From: Octopus sinensis
Taxonomy: Eukaryota
NCBI RefSeq assembly: GCF_006345805.1
Contig: NC_043010.1
Coordinates: 18,662,001-18,726,000 of the forward strand
Length of the DNA stretch: 64,000 nt
Direction: 5' to 3'
Under the pieces are notes generated by a model that searched no databases, had not been told where the DNA came from, and saw only the letters and a program-made list of their open reading frames with translations. Of this stretch, positions 1 to 11,999 are shown one piece after another. Position 1 is the stretch's first letter. The number at the start of each line of letters is the position of its first letter. The translations under genes were made by a program, and so were the position numbers.

Positions 1-1849
1 TTACAGTGTACCTCATAAACGGTAAATCAATTATCTGTTCTTGGGTTCTAGTTTCTTCTAAGAACTACCTTAAGCCATCTGTTATTACCTGTTGCCAAGC
101 CGATACCAACAACATTAACTGTGAATCAAATCCCATCGACAATTCACTGGTCAGTACCTTTTTACGCCTAACGAACACACAGACACAAAAACATGCGAAC
201 ACTTACAAACTTCCAACATCAAGCATGATTGTAAAATATGTAAAATAAATAATGTATATATCTTAAAAAGAAATCTTGTTGTCATTCCAAACTTATGTGT
301 ATTGCCGCTGCATGTAAAATATAGTCAGTAAAATATATTATTAAGAATAGGATCGCGTTACTATTTTTATACTAGTATTAAAATAAAAAAAATAAGAATA
401 TGGATTTATATTCTAATGAGTTACTTATATGCTTATATATAATTAAAGAAATATAATACTATAGAGTCAACCAAAATGGTTGTAGGAGGATTTAATGTAA
501 AATTCAGACTCTTCCTAGAAATCCGCATACAAGGGTTCTTAAAAGCCGAAAGCGATCTTAAAGCTGCACCTCATTCCACACATATTGCAGATCGTTCAGC
601 AATTGTCGTTAGTTGTTAAAAGACTAAAAGCCACACATGCACTTCACAAGGTCACCAGTAAAGAAATTAGATTTTTAAGCAACATTTGAAAGCAGACAAT
701 CAATTGGTAACATGAAAAATACATCGTATGCTTTAATACAAGTTTTGTTTTGTAATGAGCCGTAGTTCGACTATTATTTAAAAGTTACGTAACAAGATTT
801 CAACGATACATGACAGAAACACTAACCTAAGACTAATAATATTGTTTTTCTGTCAGAATGTGAAAGGTGTTGTTTTAACATTTAAATATATTTTAGTATA
901 ACAAAGAGTTGGGGTTCGGGGTTTCAAGGTGGAAGGGTTATGAATTAATACATTAGTAATTTAATTACAGCTTTCAAACTAACACTAATTTGGAAGTTAT
1001 TTGCTCCTGTATGGCTTAAGAAGTAATTTTTAGATGGCTATATAATCTGTTTTCGGTGTCACGGCGGCCAGATTAGTCCGCTCTGGTAAGAAACTTAAAA
1101 TTTGAAATTGCACTCTAAGCTGATTATTATAATGTTTCGGACGGTGACCTCTTACCTTCAGAGATAAAGGGGTTTTTTTTCAGTAAAAAGTACCCGTTTA
1201 GTACTGGGGGGTCGATACAATTGATTACATCTTCCCTCTACTGTAGCTTTGTGTCCTTGTTGGAAATTAATATTTACTACATTTTAACTGGTTTGATCTC
1301 AGTGAGACACTGTTTTCGTGGATGTCTAGATCTGTAGGTCGGTGACTGGGCGGGAAGAAATCCTAGGTTACAGTTCCAAGAGTTAAATGATTGAACAAAG
1401 TGTGTGTGTGTGTGTGTGGATGGGAGGGTGATTAGACACAATAACGGTAACGAGTAGGCGTTAGTGGGAAAGATATACAAATAACTAGTTCAGTTGGAGA
1501 AAAAGGCCATTGTAGTAAAACGGTAGAAAGGATAGAGACATCATTACCGAAGGAATCAATGTGTAGCGGATTCGAAACCGAATCACTTGGTAGCCGAATA
1601 AACATCACAACCAAGGTACATCAGTTTCACGCGATCGGCCAATTAAGCGACCAATTAGCGCCTAGCGATCCTGTGATTCAACTGTTTAGAATCTTGTCAC
1701 TGAACCCAATGTAAAGATGATTTTTAGCGATAACCCCAGCCGCTCGACTTCTCCATTCTCTTCACTACCATCCGATGGCAGATAGAAGGCAAAGACTTAG
1801 TCGCTATGAATATAGTGCGATCGATTTCCTGTTGTGATAAGCCAGCCAC

Positions 1850-2880
1850 ACATTGCTATATCAGTGAATTGTCATTGATCCCAGTAGTATGTCTCTCCCG
1901 GTGTGTAATTGTCGCTGTTAGTTTTTGTCAAAAAGACCAACACAGAAAACCCTATGTGCTGTAAGTAAGTCTTCTGTTAAATGTTCACGAGTGTTGTTAA
2001 TTATTTATACACGAAGCTCTAGAAATACATTTTCACTCACCAACAGCAAGCCATACCCATGACAAATGGAAATTTTAAAAGAAATATTATTCTAGCAACT
2101 TATACAGCTTTTATATATCCTTGGGAAATTCGTGGCTTACGTACCATTTGCCAACTCTATTTAATAACGTCAAAATTCGCATGGTTAAAACCCTCGTATC
2201 TTTTCTATTTATGGGGAGCAGTATCCTGCATTGCAATGAAGAAGTTAATTTAACATTTGGAGGGAGTTTCTCGCCTTTATTAGAAAGTGTTTTTGTGAAA
2301 TTAAAAGGTAGCCTTGTAGCTTTCTCATTATGTCTCATTATGAATGCAGAAAAGTCATGGAAAAATTGCTGCCTGCAGGACTTTCTGAATGCCATACTAA
2401 CGAAAAATTACCGTGAAATTTTTTTTAGTACTTGTGCGACCGGCTGATGATGAGTCATGTCTCATGCGGCCCACTTCTCAAAAAGGTTGTTGTGCCTGAT
2501 GTAAAAGCTGTGCTCTTAATCTTAGATTAAACCTGTAGCACGCAAACCACACAAACTTAACAAACAAGAAATTTATCGAGAAATAGATAAATGAATAAAC
2601 TTCTTGGCAAAAGAATTATTGAAGAGAGCAGAAGCCATGGCGCAATCAATGTTTTGTTGCTAACGAAAAATCAAACCCACGGTTAGTTATCGATTATTCA
2701 AAAACAATTAATAATACACTGAGGAGATCAATGTATTTTCTATGCTACCGATTGATAATCTTCTTTCAGATGTTGTTCAGAAATCTAATTTCTTTATTGA
2801 TGACCTTGGGAATCGTCAGATTCATTATACTCTTTTCGGCCTCGGAATACCAGCTAAAACCGTTTGAGATCCAAGCCTAA
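1850..2880 (+). mobile_element. Degenerate Ty3/gypsy LTR-retrotransposon pol remnant (protease-linker region and RT N-terminus)
   Basis: Manual translation from 2629 gives QKPWRNQCFVANEKSNPRLVIDYSKTIN, matching the gypsy RT SPW..RLVIDYS..IN motif. It is preceded by KPVARKPH and followed by a frameshifted ..PIDNLL..DDL. ORF 2121-2447 contains EVNLTFGGSFSPL, typical of the protease-RT linker. Many stops and frameshifts. Confidence 0.7.
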
Positions 2881-3081
2881 CTTTATGATCTCACCAGATT
2901 TCTCTTTGAGTAAATCACCACCATTCCTATGTTCAAACGAATGAAGAGAAGACTTACGCCTGCATCGATGATGATATCATTTGCGATAAGACACAAAGCA
3001 AATAAGGGTGATGAGAATTTGTTCAATTTCATAAAACCAGCAAAAAAAAAAAAAAAAAAACGCTTGGTTTGCAGTTTCATA

Positions 3082-3296
3082 ACATAGCATTTAAACCGGC
3101 TATATCCAGCCCAAACCTACTTTATGTTCTGACTAGCCAAATCTAACCTCTTACACCTGTGCAATATTGTTATTCTAAAAGTAAGCAACTACATCATCGA
3201 AATCTCGAAACTACGAGATAATCCATGATTAATTCAAAAGAATGTGAATAAAAAATCATGTCATTTCACAAAGTAATCTGAATGCTAAAAGAGTGA
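3082..3296 (+). mobile_element. piggyBac-like MITE (decayed ends)
   Basis: Begins TAGCATTTAAACCGG and ends AATGCTAAA (inverted). The same family occurs at 48355-48505 (-) and at 58637-58702, where the left end TTAACCCTTTAGCATT is intact (TTAA + CCC, piggyBac-like). Confidence 0.5.
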
Positions 3297-3609
3297 AGAA
3301 GTGTTTGCTTGGTTTCATTAGGGACCAGATTCCCCCACTCACCAAAATACGAGACCCTAATAATGCATTCCAACACGTCAGATTTTACTTCTTTTAATCG
3401 TCACATTAGTTTATTTCCATGTAAGGCAAAATCTTGTGTCTTATTCCCAAAATTCTTACAGATACTCGTTCATATTTTCCAGAGTTCACTGAATGTCAGA
3501 AACACTTCTTCAGACATATCACAAACTATTGAGAGATAAATGCATCAGAATTGATGTTCCCACCAGCTTTTCGATTCTGATATCTATCTGAAAGAAAAAT
3601 CATTATGTT

Positions 3610-4213
3610 CTGAAGACGGCAAACTGGCAGAAACGTTAGCACGCCGGGCGAGATGTTTAGTGGTATTTCGTCTGCCGCAACGTTCTGAGTTCAAATTACG
3701 CCGAGGTCGATTTTGCCTTTCATCCTTTCGGGGTCGATTAAATAAGTACCAGTTACGCACTGGGTCGATATAATAGACTTAATCCGTTTGTCTGTCCTTG
3801 TTTGTCCCTCTATGTTTAGCCCCTTGTGGGTAATAAAGAAATAGGTATTTCGTCTGCCGTTACGTTCTGAGTTCAAATTCCGCCGAGGTCGACTTTGCCT
3901 TTCGTCCTTTCGGGGTCGATTAAATAAGTACCAGTTACGCACTGGGGTCGATATAATCGACTTAATCCCTTTGTCTCTCCTTGTTTGTCCCCTCTGTGTG
4001 GAGCCCCTTGTGGGTAGTAAAGAAATAGGTATTTCGTCTGCCGCTACATTCTGAGTTCAAATTCCGTCGAGGTCGACTTTGCCTTTCACCCTTTCGGGGT
4101 CGATTAAACAAGTACCAGTTACGCACTGGGATCGATATAATCGACTTAATCCGTTTTTCTGTCCTTGTTTGTCCCCTCTGTGTGTAGCCCTTTGTGGGCA
4201 ATAAAGAAATAAG
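3610..4213 (+). mobile_element. Meta-domain tRNA SINE (family A), head-to-tail trimer
   Basis: tRNA-like head with B box GAGTTCAAATTC and core GTCGACTTTGCCTTTCATCCTTTCGGGGTCGAT-AAGTACCAG. Units start at 3663, 3845 and 4029 (182-184 bp). 13-bp TSD AAATCATTATGTT at 3597-3609 and 4214-4226. Confidence 0.85.
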
Positions 4214-4687
4214 AAATCATTATGTTTCATCCTGTCTTGTGTCCTTCCTATCACAGAATTTATTCGAAGACTGTCTCATGACATCCCGTGGTCTTTCACG
4301 ATTATCACTAGGCTGTGTTCAGTTGAATTCATATTACTTAACATCAAGTAAACTTAAAATAACAAATGATAAATCCACACAGTAGGGTTAAGAATTAGCT
4401 GACGACGATAATCTCTCATAGACTGGGAAGAACAGCCAGCTGATGCTTCATCTCATTGGAGCAGATTAGGAATTATCTACACTAGCGATGTGGTCAATTA
4501 TGCCAACTCAAAGCAACAAAAATTATCTCTCCTCCTGTCACTTATCCATATTGTGTTTATCCATTCACAGGCTGCAGACTAAGCACTATATCCAATCCTT
4601 CCTCCTTAGGATGTCATCCCTCTGGAATCCTCTCCGTGTCTATGTGTTCAATACCATCCAATATGAAAAAAAAAATCTGAAAAACTT

Positions 4688-4867
4688 AGAAAATACCTTA
4701 TGAACAGATACAAATAGATAAAATGGCTCAACTGGGAATCGAACACGCACTGCAGACTAGTCTCCTTGGAGAGGATCACCACTTGGTATACAGAAGTTAT
4801 GACCCTGTGACACAAAAAACAAGAAGCCTTAACGAACGGACAATTTTAGCGGTCATTGCTTAGCTAA
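4688..4867 (-). repeat. 180-bp unclassified element, inverted copy of 8331-8510, inserted in a tiny R4-like LINE fragment
   Basis: Four mismatches in 180 bp against the reverse complement of 8331-8510. The flanks (CAATACCATCCAATATGAAAAAAAAATCTGAAAAACTT / CTATTGCAAAAGTCGG) match the R4-like ORF at ~7310-7384. Confidence 0.85.
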
Positions 4868-4992
4868 AACTATTGCAAAAGTCGGAGATGGTTGCGAGCA
4901 GTACCCGTTCTTGACCACTTCATAAAAACAAAACAAAATTCACATAATATACCATTTCCTGTAACAGAGATATTCAATATTATCATCAATTT

Positions 4993-5157
4993 ATAAGGCG
5001 GCCAGTTAGCAGAATGGTTATCGCGCCGGACAAAATTCTTAACGACATTTCGACGTCTTTCAAATTACGCCGCGGTCGATAAAATAAGTACCAGTTGAGT
5101 ACTGGGGTCGATGGAATCGACTTAGCCATTTCTCCGAAATTGCCGGCTTTGTGCCAA
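4993..5157 (+). mobile_element. Family A SINE monomer with 17-bp TSD
   Basis: Decayed head and Meta core; perfect TSD AATATTATCATCAATTT at 4976-4992 and 5158-5174. Confidence 0.8.
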
Positions 5158-6072
5158 AATATTATCATCAATTTCTATATTTGTAAAGAATAAAGCTACA
5201 TTTTATAAACTTTTGCCCGGTCAACTAACACAAGCTGTGAGATCATACGAAAAACTCTCTCTGGACCTTTTGGTCATCCAATAAAACAAAATATTAGTGT
5301 TGGTCGATGAATTCTCAGGATTCCATTTTGCATCGATTGATACTACAATCTGTATTTGCCATTTTCTGATCTCCAAGGAAACGTGATTCGACAGTGTCTC
5401 CCTGGAACATTTTCTCTTTGTAAACCGGTTTGTGAATACAGAAACTTGACCTCATTCGTCACACGCCAATGATTTGCTTGAAAGAACTAATGGAATGGAA
5501 CAATCTTAAATATAATCACACTTGTAACCAAAAACAGCATGTTTAATTAAAGAATATTAATTACACGTACTACGTTGACCCTTGTCTCCGTACCCAATGC
5601 CATCTTAAGGCATGGGTACAAGAGACAGTTGCCCGAGGGCCACATGGGCTTAGGGATCTAATGCTAATTGATATATGCTGTGTTTGTAGGGGTGCAAATG
5701 CATTGCTTTGCCCGTGTGTCTCTAATGCTAAGGTAGCTTTGTATGAACTCAATAAATACCATAGTACACGAAAGACTCTTTTACTCACTCTTCCAATTTA
5801 GGACATAGCATCCTCGACTTTGCCGTTTTCTAGCTCAATTATATTCTAGAAACTATTTAACATTGAAATTCCAGGAGAGAGTTGTAAAACTAACGTAACG
5901 GGGAATATATCACCATAGAATTCAAAAGTTCACTTTGAAAATGGCACTATTAACAGTTTCCGCTAAGTAGACATTTCGCAAACTGTAAATATAACGATTG
6001 TAATGTGAGAATTATCTAAACCATTCCATACGGCTAAATGACACGCCTAATATTATAACACCTAATATATCT

Positions 6073-6094
6073 ATAATAATAATAATAATAAATA

Positions 6095-6132
<38 letters not shown>

Positions 6133-6180
6133 GATGATAATAATAATAATAATGATAATGATGATGATAATAATAATAAT

Positions 6181-6235
<55 letters not shown>

Positions 6236-6293
6236 AATAATAATATATAATAATAATAATAAAATAATAATAATAATAATGATAATGATGATG

Positions 6294-6355
<62 letters not shown>

Positions 6356-6412
6356 GATGATGATAATAATAATAATAATAATAATAACAATAATAATAAT
6401 AATAATAATAAC

Positions 6413-6490
<78 letters not shown>
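6073..6490. repeat. (AAT)n/(GAT)n microsatellite, ~420 bp
   Basis: Directly visible; it explains the poly-I, poly-L and poly-Y ORFs. Confidence 0.95.
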
Positions 6491-6494
<4 letters not shown>

Positions 6495-6525
6495 TAACGA
6501 GTGCATCAACAGTGAACGATGAAAC

Positions 6526-7566
6526 ATGGCAGAATATTTGGTAAACAGCAAACAAGACCTGCTACAGTATGTTGCTAGTGCAGAAGAAGTTAACAAAAAT
6601 GGACTTGAGAGTGCTCATGAATTTCAAACAAGAACAGCCAACGAGAGAGGAGAAACCCTACTCCGTATGGAATTACATGGTCAGTTACACCGTGAAACCA
6701 GCAATTTAAAAGGCCAGGAAGCATCATGGAGGTGGCTCAACAAGAGTGACCTAAAAAAGAAAACTGAAAGCCTAATCATCGCTGCCCAGGACCAGGCATT
6801 GAATACCAACTCAATGAAAAGGGATATGTACCACACAAGTGCAACAGACCTCTGCAGAATGTGTGGGAAGAGGGTCGAAAGTGTGACTCACATTGTTAGT
6901 GCTTGTGAAAGTCTTGCGCAGAAAGAGTACAAGCGTAGACATGATAAAGTAGCCCAAAACCTCCGCTGGCTACAATGCTATAAGTATAGATATGAGGTTA
7001 TGGGTGCTTGGTACCAATATACACCGGAAATGGTAATAGACAAAAAGGGGAAGGCAGAAATCCTCTGGGATTTTGATTTCCAGACAGACAAGGTATTAGA
7101 ACACCGAAGGCTGGATATAGTAACCTTTAGAAGGGACAAACAAGAGTGCTTAACAATCAACATGGCAGTGCCAGGAGATCAACATATTATCATGAAAGAA
7201 AGAGAAAAGGGTGATAAATATGGAGACCTGAGAATTGAGATTGCTAAGATGTGGCAGCTACAAGGGTCAAACATAAAGGTTATCCCTATTATCATCGGAG
7301 CATTGGGTTCAATACCACCCAATCTGAAAAAAAATCTGAAAGACTTAGAAATGCACTACAATCTAGACCTATTGCAAAAGTCGGCATTACTTGGAACTGC
7401 AGGCATATTGCATAAGGTACTGCCTGTCTGGGGTCCTTGTTGTGACTTGACAAACAGTACAAACCCCCAATGGACACAATATCTTCAATCAACAACATTA
7501 CGATATTGTTTACTGTGCGACATTTATAATGATGATGATGATGATGATGATGAAATTTTGGCCTGA
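6526..7566 (+). pseudogene. 5'-truncated R4/Dong-clade non-LTR retrotransposon: C-terminal CCHC finger and restriction-like endonuclease (element ~6491-7527)
   Basis: Motifs AAQDQALNT, CRMCGKRVESVTHIVSAC, RRHDKVA, ILWDF, RRLDIV, KYGDLRIEIAKMW and PIIIGALG. No RT domain. The PD motif is altered to LD and the conserved D to N. The ORF reads through into the (GAT)n tail. Confidence 0.85.
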
Positions 7567-7710
7567 AATTTTGGCGGAGAGGACTAGTCGATAACATCGA
7601 CCCCAGTGTTTCACTTAATTTATCGAGCCCAAAAGGATGAAAGGCAAAATTGACCTCGGCAGAATTTGAACTCAGAACATAGCGACAGACGAAATACCGT
7701 TAAGCATTTC
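7555..7710 (-). mobile_element. Family A SINE, tail-to-tail with the R4-like element
   Basis: Reverse-complement Meta core; its (ATC)n tail is the (GAT)n run at 7529-7552. Confidence 0.75.
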
Positions 7711-7749
7711 AAGAAGAAAAAGAACAACAACAACAATGGTTTCTAAAGG

Positions 7750-8000
7750 GGTTGCGGGGGACTAGTGGTTAGGGTGTTGCACTCAAAATTGTGGGATGGC
7801 GATTTCGATTCCTGAACCGAGCGTTGCGTTGTGTCCTTGGGCAAAGCACTTCATTTCACGTCTCTCTGCGATCACTTGGACATCTGATGTGTGGCACACT
7901 GTGCTCCTATGCAGACAATGATGATTTGATAAAGGAACTGAGTTAATGTGTAGCATGACCATTCAATCACCATAATAACGAACATATCATCTGTGCAGGT
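7750..8000 (+). mobile_element. tRNA SINE family C (Deu/Nin-like core), decayed
   Basis: A box CTAGTGGTTAGGG, B box TTCGATTCC, core GTGTCCTTGGGCAAAGCACTT. Confidence 0.6.
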
Positions 8001-8330
8001 CATTCGGCAATAAATTGCAGAACCGCCCTTCTCGGTCTCGGCAAAAAGGTCTGGAATTTGTGGGGACAGCTTGCTCGCTTGCATCGCTCCCAGCGTGCAA
8101 CAAGCACTTATTTTATCGATCTCAAAAGGTTGAAAAGGAGAATCGAACTCGGCAGAATTTGAATTCGGGACGCAATGAGTTGGAAAAAATGTTGCCGCGC
8201 ATTTTGATCGACGCGTTTAACATTCTGCCATTCCGTGTACGCGCATTCATACAAGATAAACAGTTTTTGTCAGATAATCCTAATACGATTAGATATTTAT
8301 AAATATTTGCAATAAAAGATAAACAAAGAT

Positions 8331-8510
8331 TTAGATAAGCAATGACCGCTAAAATTGTCCGTTCGTTAAGGCTTCTTGTTTTTTGTGTCACAGGGTCATA
8401 ACTTCTGTATACCAAGTGGTGATCCTCTCCAAGGAGACTAGTCTGTAGTGCGTGTTCGATTCCCGGTTGAACCATTTTATCTATTTGTATCTGTTCATAA
8501 GGTATTTTCT
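8331..8510 (+). repeat. 180-bp element, inverted partner of 4688-4867; contains A/B-box-like motifs
   Basis: TACCAAGTGG (~8409) and GTTCGATTCC (~8454), followed by CCA and TTTT. Confidence 0.8.
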
Positions 8511-8580
8511 TTTATAACAAATATTGTTCTTAATGAAATATGTACAAGATGCATTGAATAAACCTCCATATTTTGTTTTA

Positions 8581-9045
8581 AACACACACATACACACGCA
8601 CACACGCACACTCGCACACACAGACGCACACAGACACATACGCAAATATACGCGCGCACACACACGCGCGTACATACACGCACACACACACGCACGCGTA
8701 CACGCACGCTCACACACACACATGTGCGCACACACGCACGCTCACACACACACATGTGCGCACACACGCACGCTCACACACACACATGTGCGCACACACG
8801 CACGCTCACACACACATGTGCGCACACACGCAACACACGCACGCACACACACACTCGCACGCGCACACACACGCACGCTCACACGCACCACACACGCACC
8901 CACACACACATGCACACACACACGCACGCACACGCACGCACACACGCACGCGCGCACACACGAACCCAACCACCCATACACACACGCACGCACGCACACA
9001 CTCACACAAACGTACATAAAAGCATACACACTTGCGCATGTGCTA
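8581..9045. repeat. Compound (CA)n/(CACG)n minisatellite
   Basis: Directly visible; source of the His/Thr-rich and Val/Cys-rich ORFs. Confidence 0.9.
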
Positions 9046-9508
9046 TAATAATGCAATTGTTTACATTTAGTGTGTAAAAGTTAAGAATTGCTACTGTTTA
9101 GAAACTGAACGAAAAACAGGACAAGCCTTTTATATTAACCGACATTATTACCATGTCGCCTCTTCCTGCACCAAACCAAAATCGTTTCACCATTTCTGTA
9201 GTAAACAACATAAGAAATAGCTTTCACACCACACCCATCTCTTGCATCCCTGGCACCCGACATCTAATATACATACACCCGACACGCGTACAGTTGCTGC
9301 CGTTGCCTGTCGTATTTCATCATATAGAAAGAAAGAAGACAGCGTGGCTTTTATATTACAGAGGTAGAAGAGCAGGGACAAGCCCTTTACACTGTCTGTT
9401 TTTACCATTGTGCTCTGTAATCGAAGCCATTGCCTGCCATCCCACATCAAACAGGGGGACATTCTCGACAAGTGGACTGAAAAAACGACATCTAATATTG
9501 TTATTTTT

Positions 9509-9552
<44 letters not shown>

Positions 9553-11385
9553 TCTGTAGTCTCATCTTTATCACGTGCTTTCACTTTACTACCGAGCGCA
9601 TCTCTGCGTGCCTTGGGTATGTGCTGTGGTTTGTTGTGATGCTCTGATGATTACTGTATTGAAAGTGTTTTGCGTAGGATGTGTGCTGTGCCAAGTAGTG
9701 CTATTTTCTATATGTTATATATATTTGTAAGTCCTGGTGATTTTGCTATGTATTTGATAGGAATTGTGTCTGCTTTTAGACTCCAGATTTGAGTTACCTC
9801 TATTTCTAGGTCTTTGTATTTTGAAAGTGTCTCCATTTCTTTTAGAGAAACGTTGTCATCTATTGGTATTGATGCATCGATTAAAAAGCATTTGTTTTAA
9901 TGATCTCTGACAACTATATCTAGACTATTGGCCTTAATTTCTCTATGTGTATTGGCATATCCCATAGTATGGTTGCTTTCTCGTTTTCTGTGACCTTTTC
10001 TGGCGTGTGCTTATACCAGCTTTTTTTCTGTTGTTATTTTAGTGTTAGCATAGCTTTCAGTGTATATAGGCCGCAACTCTGTTGTGTCTACGAATATATT
10101 CCTTCTAAGCCAGGACTGGGCAGCCAGAGACAATATGTTTATTGTTTCTTGTCCATCTCCACATATTCTGCAATTATTTGTTATGTTTCTTTTCATTATA
10201 TATTTTTGGTAATTCCTGGTGGAGAGGCTTTGGTCTTGTGCTGCAACTTAAAATTCTTCAGTCTCTGCTTTGAGTCCTGAGCTTCTCAACCATTGCTGGG
10301 ATTTTTCTCTGTCTATTTCTTTTGCATTTAGTTTTTAGCCTAGTATTTGCCACGAAGGGGCTTTTCTTGCTGTCGTTTTATCATGGTCTGTTGCTGTTCT
10401 AGTTTTAGTTTGGATTTCATTTGTTTTATAGCTTTTTTTGTTTCTTCTACTTCATATTTGTTAGGTAGTATGACTTCTTGTTTGTATTTGTCAGCTTCCT
10501 TAAATACTGAAAATAGTTTTTTGTTTTGCACCTGTTTCGTGGCTATTTGTATTAGTTTTCCTTGCTACTGAAGTAGGTATTTTGCAGTCCTATGGTGGTT
10601 ATTTTATAATAGTTTTCCAGCTGTATAAGGCCTTTACCACCTTCTATACGTTGTATATATAACCTTTCTATGTTAAATTAGGGTGGTGTAACCTAGATCC
10701 TGTCATTATTTTTCTTGTTTTCTTGTCTATTTTGGTCAGTTCATTTCGTGTCCAGTTAAGGATATTGTAGCTGTAACTTATAACTGGAACGGCTAAAGTG
10801 TTAATACATATTATCTTGTTTTTAGCATTAAGCTCTGTTTTTAGTATTGATCTAACTCGTCTATATATTTTTTTTTCTCTTTCCTTTGTGTGTGTTGTGT
10901 CTTATCTAGTTCATGGATTCCTAAGTATTTGTAAGTTTGGCTTTGGTCTAATTCTCTTATTTCATTGGTTTTATCTAGTGTGATGTTGCTACTCTTCACT
11001 AGTTTTCCTCTTTTTTTTTTCCAAGGTTACTTTGGCACATTTTTCTAGTCCAAATTTCATATCTATTTCTTTGGTAAATCCATGTACTCTCTGTAGTAGT
11101 ATTTCCAGCTGTTTATTATTTGTAGCGTATAGTTTTAGGTCATCCATATATAAGAAGTGGTTGATTGTTTTGCCGTAACATTTGTATCCGCATCCAGTTC
11201 TATTTAGAATGTCAGATAAAGGTGTCAGTGCCAAGCAGAAAAGGAGTGGAGAGAGCGTGTCTCTCTGGAATATTCCTCTTCTAATGGGGATGGCTTTGGT
11301 TTTCACGAGTTCCTCTTTTGTTTGGAGTTGTAGCACTGTCTGCCATTTGTTCATAGAGTGTCTTATGTATTTTATAATTATTGGT
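9553..11385 (-). mobile_element. 5'-truncated, frameshifted R4/Dong-clade LINE (RT C-half, CCHC, RLE) with (GAT)n tail at 9509-9552
   Basis: ORF 10989-11354 contains IRRGIFQRDTLSPLLFCLAL, HFLYMDDLKLYA and MKFGLEKCA. Downstream fragments give NCRICGDGQETINI and KIALLGTAHILRKTL. Confidence 0.85.
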
Positions 11386-11388
11386 GCT

Positions 11389-11599
11389 AGCGGCGAGCAG
11401 GCAGAATCGTTAGTACGCCGGGCGAAATGCTTACGGCATTTCGTCTGCCGCTATGTTCTGAGTTCAAATTCCGCCGAGGTCGACTTTGCCTTTCATCCTT
11501 TCGGGGTCGATAAATTAAGTACTAGTTGCATACTAGGGTCGATGTATTCAACTTAATCCCTTCCCTCATATTTAAGGCCTTGTGCTTTCACTAGAAAGG

Positions 11600-11676
<77 letters not shown>

Positions 11677-11915
11677 TAAGGCAGCGAGCAGGTAGAATCG
11701 TTAGCATGCCGGGTGAAATGCTTAGCGTATTTCGTCTGTCTTTATGTTTTGAGTTCAAATTCCACTGAGGTCGACTTTGTCTATCATCCTTTCAGGGTCG
11801 ATAAATTTAGTATCAGAGAAACATTGGGTTGATGTAATCAACTAGTCCCCAAACCCCCAAATTTCAGGCCTTGTACCTACAGTAGAAAGGATTATTATTA
11901 TTATTATTGTTGTTG
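11389..11915 (+). mobile_element. Two family A SINE monomers, each ending in an (ATT)n tail
   Basis: Heads at ~11389 and ~11678; 3' ends CTAGAAAGG / GTAGAAAGG followed by (ATT)n at ~11600-11675 and ~11891-11910. Confidence 0.8.
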
Positions 11916-11999
11916 TTGCGGTTGTTAAGTTGGCGAGCTAGCAGAAGCTTATAGCATTAAAAGAAAAGCGTTTCCCACTTTACATGAGAGCTTTTAAAA

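Noticed and set aside
89-118. 30-nt minus-strand microexon (NVVGIGLAT)
   Set aside because: The AG/GT boundaries fit, but there is no recognisable homology and no neighbouring exon; compatible with chance.
3840-3850. AG|GT at the SINE concatemer junction as a spliceosomal back-splice
   Set aside because: In the head, the restart point is preceded by TTAGCG rather than AG. The GT after terminal units is explained by TSD or microhomology (28598, 61950).
3610-4213. Regularly spaced repeats suggesting a CRISPR array
   Set aside because: The units are 184-bp SINE bodies with no unique spacers, in a eukaryotic context.
6034-6596. Long poly-Leu, poly-Tyr and poly-Ile ORFs, and similar HT/CV/YI-repeat ORFs across the window (e.g. 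8481-9077, 16269-16786, 23487-23879, 26574-27234)
   Set aside because: They are translations of microsatellites, with no splice or homology support.
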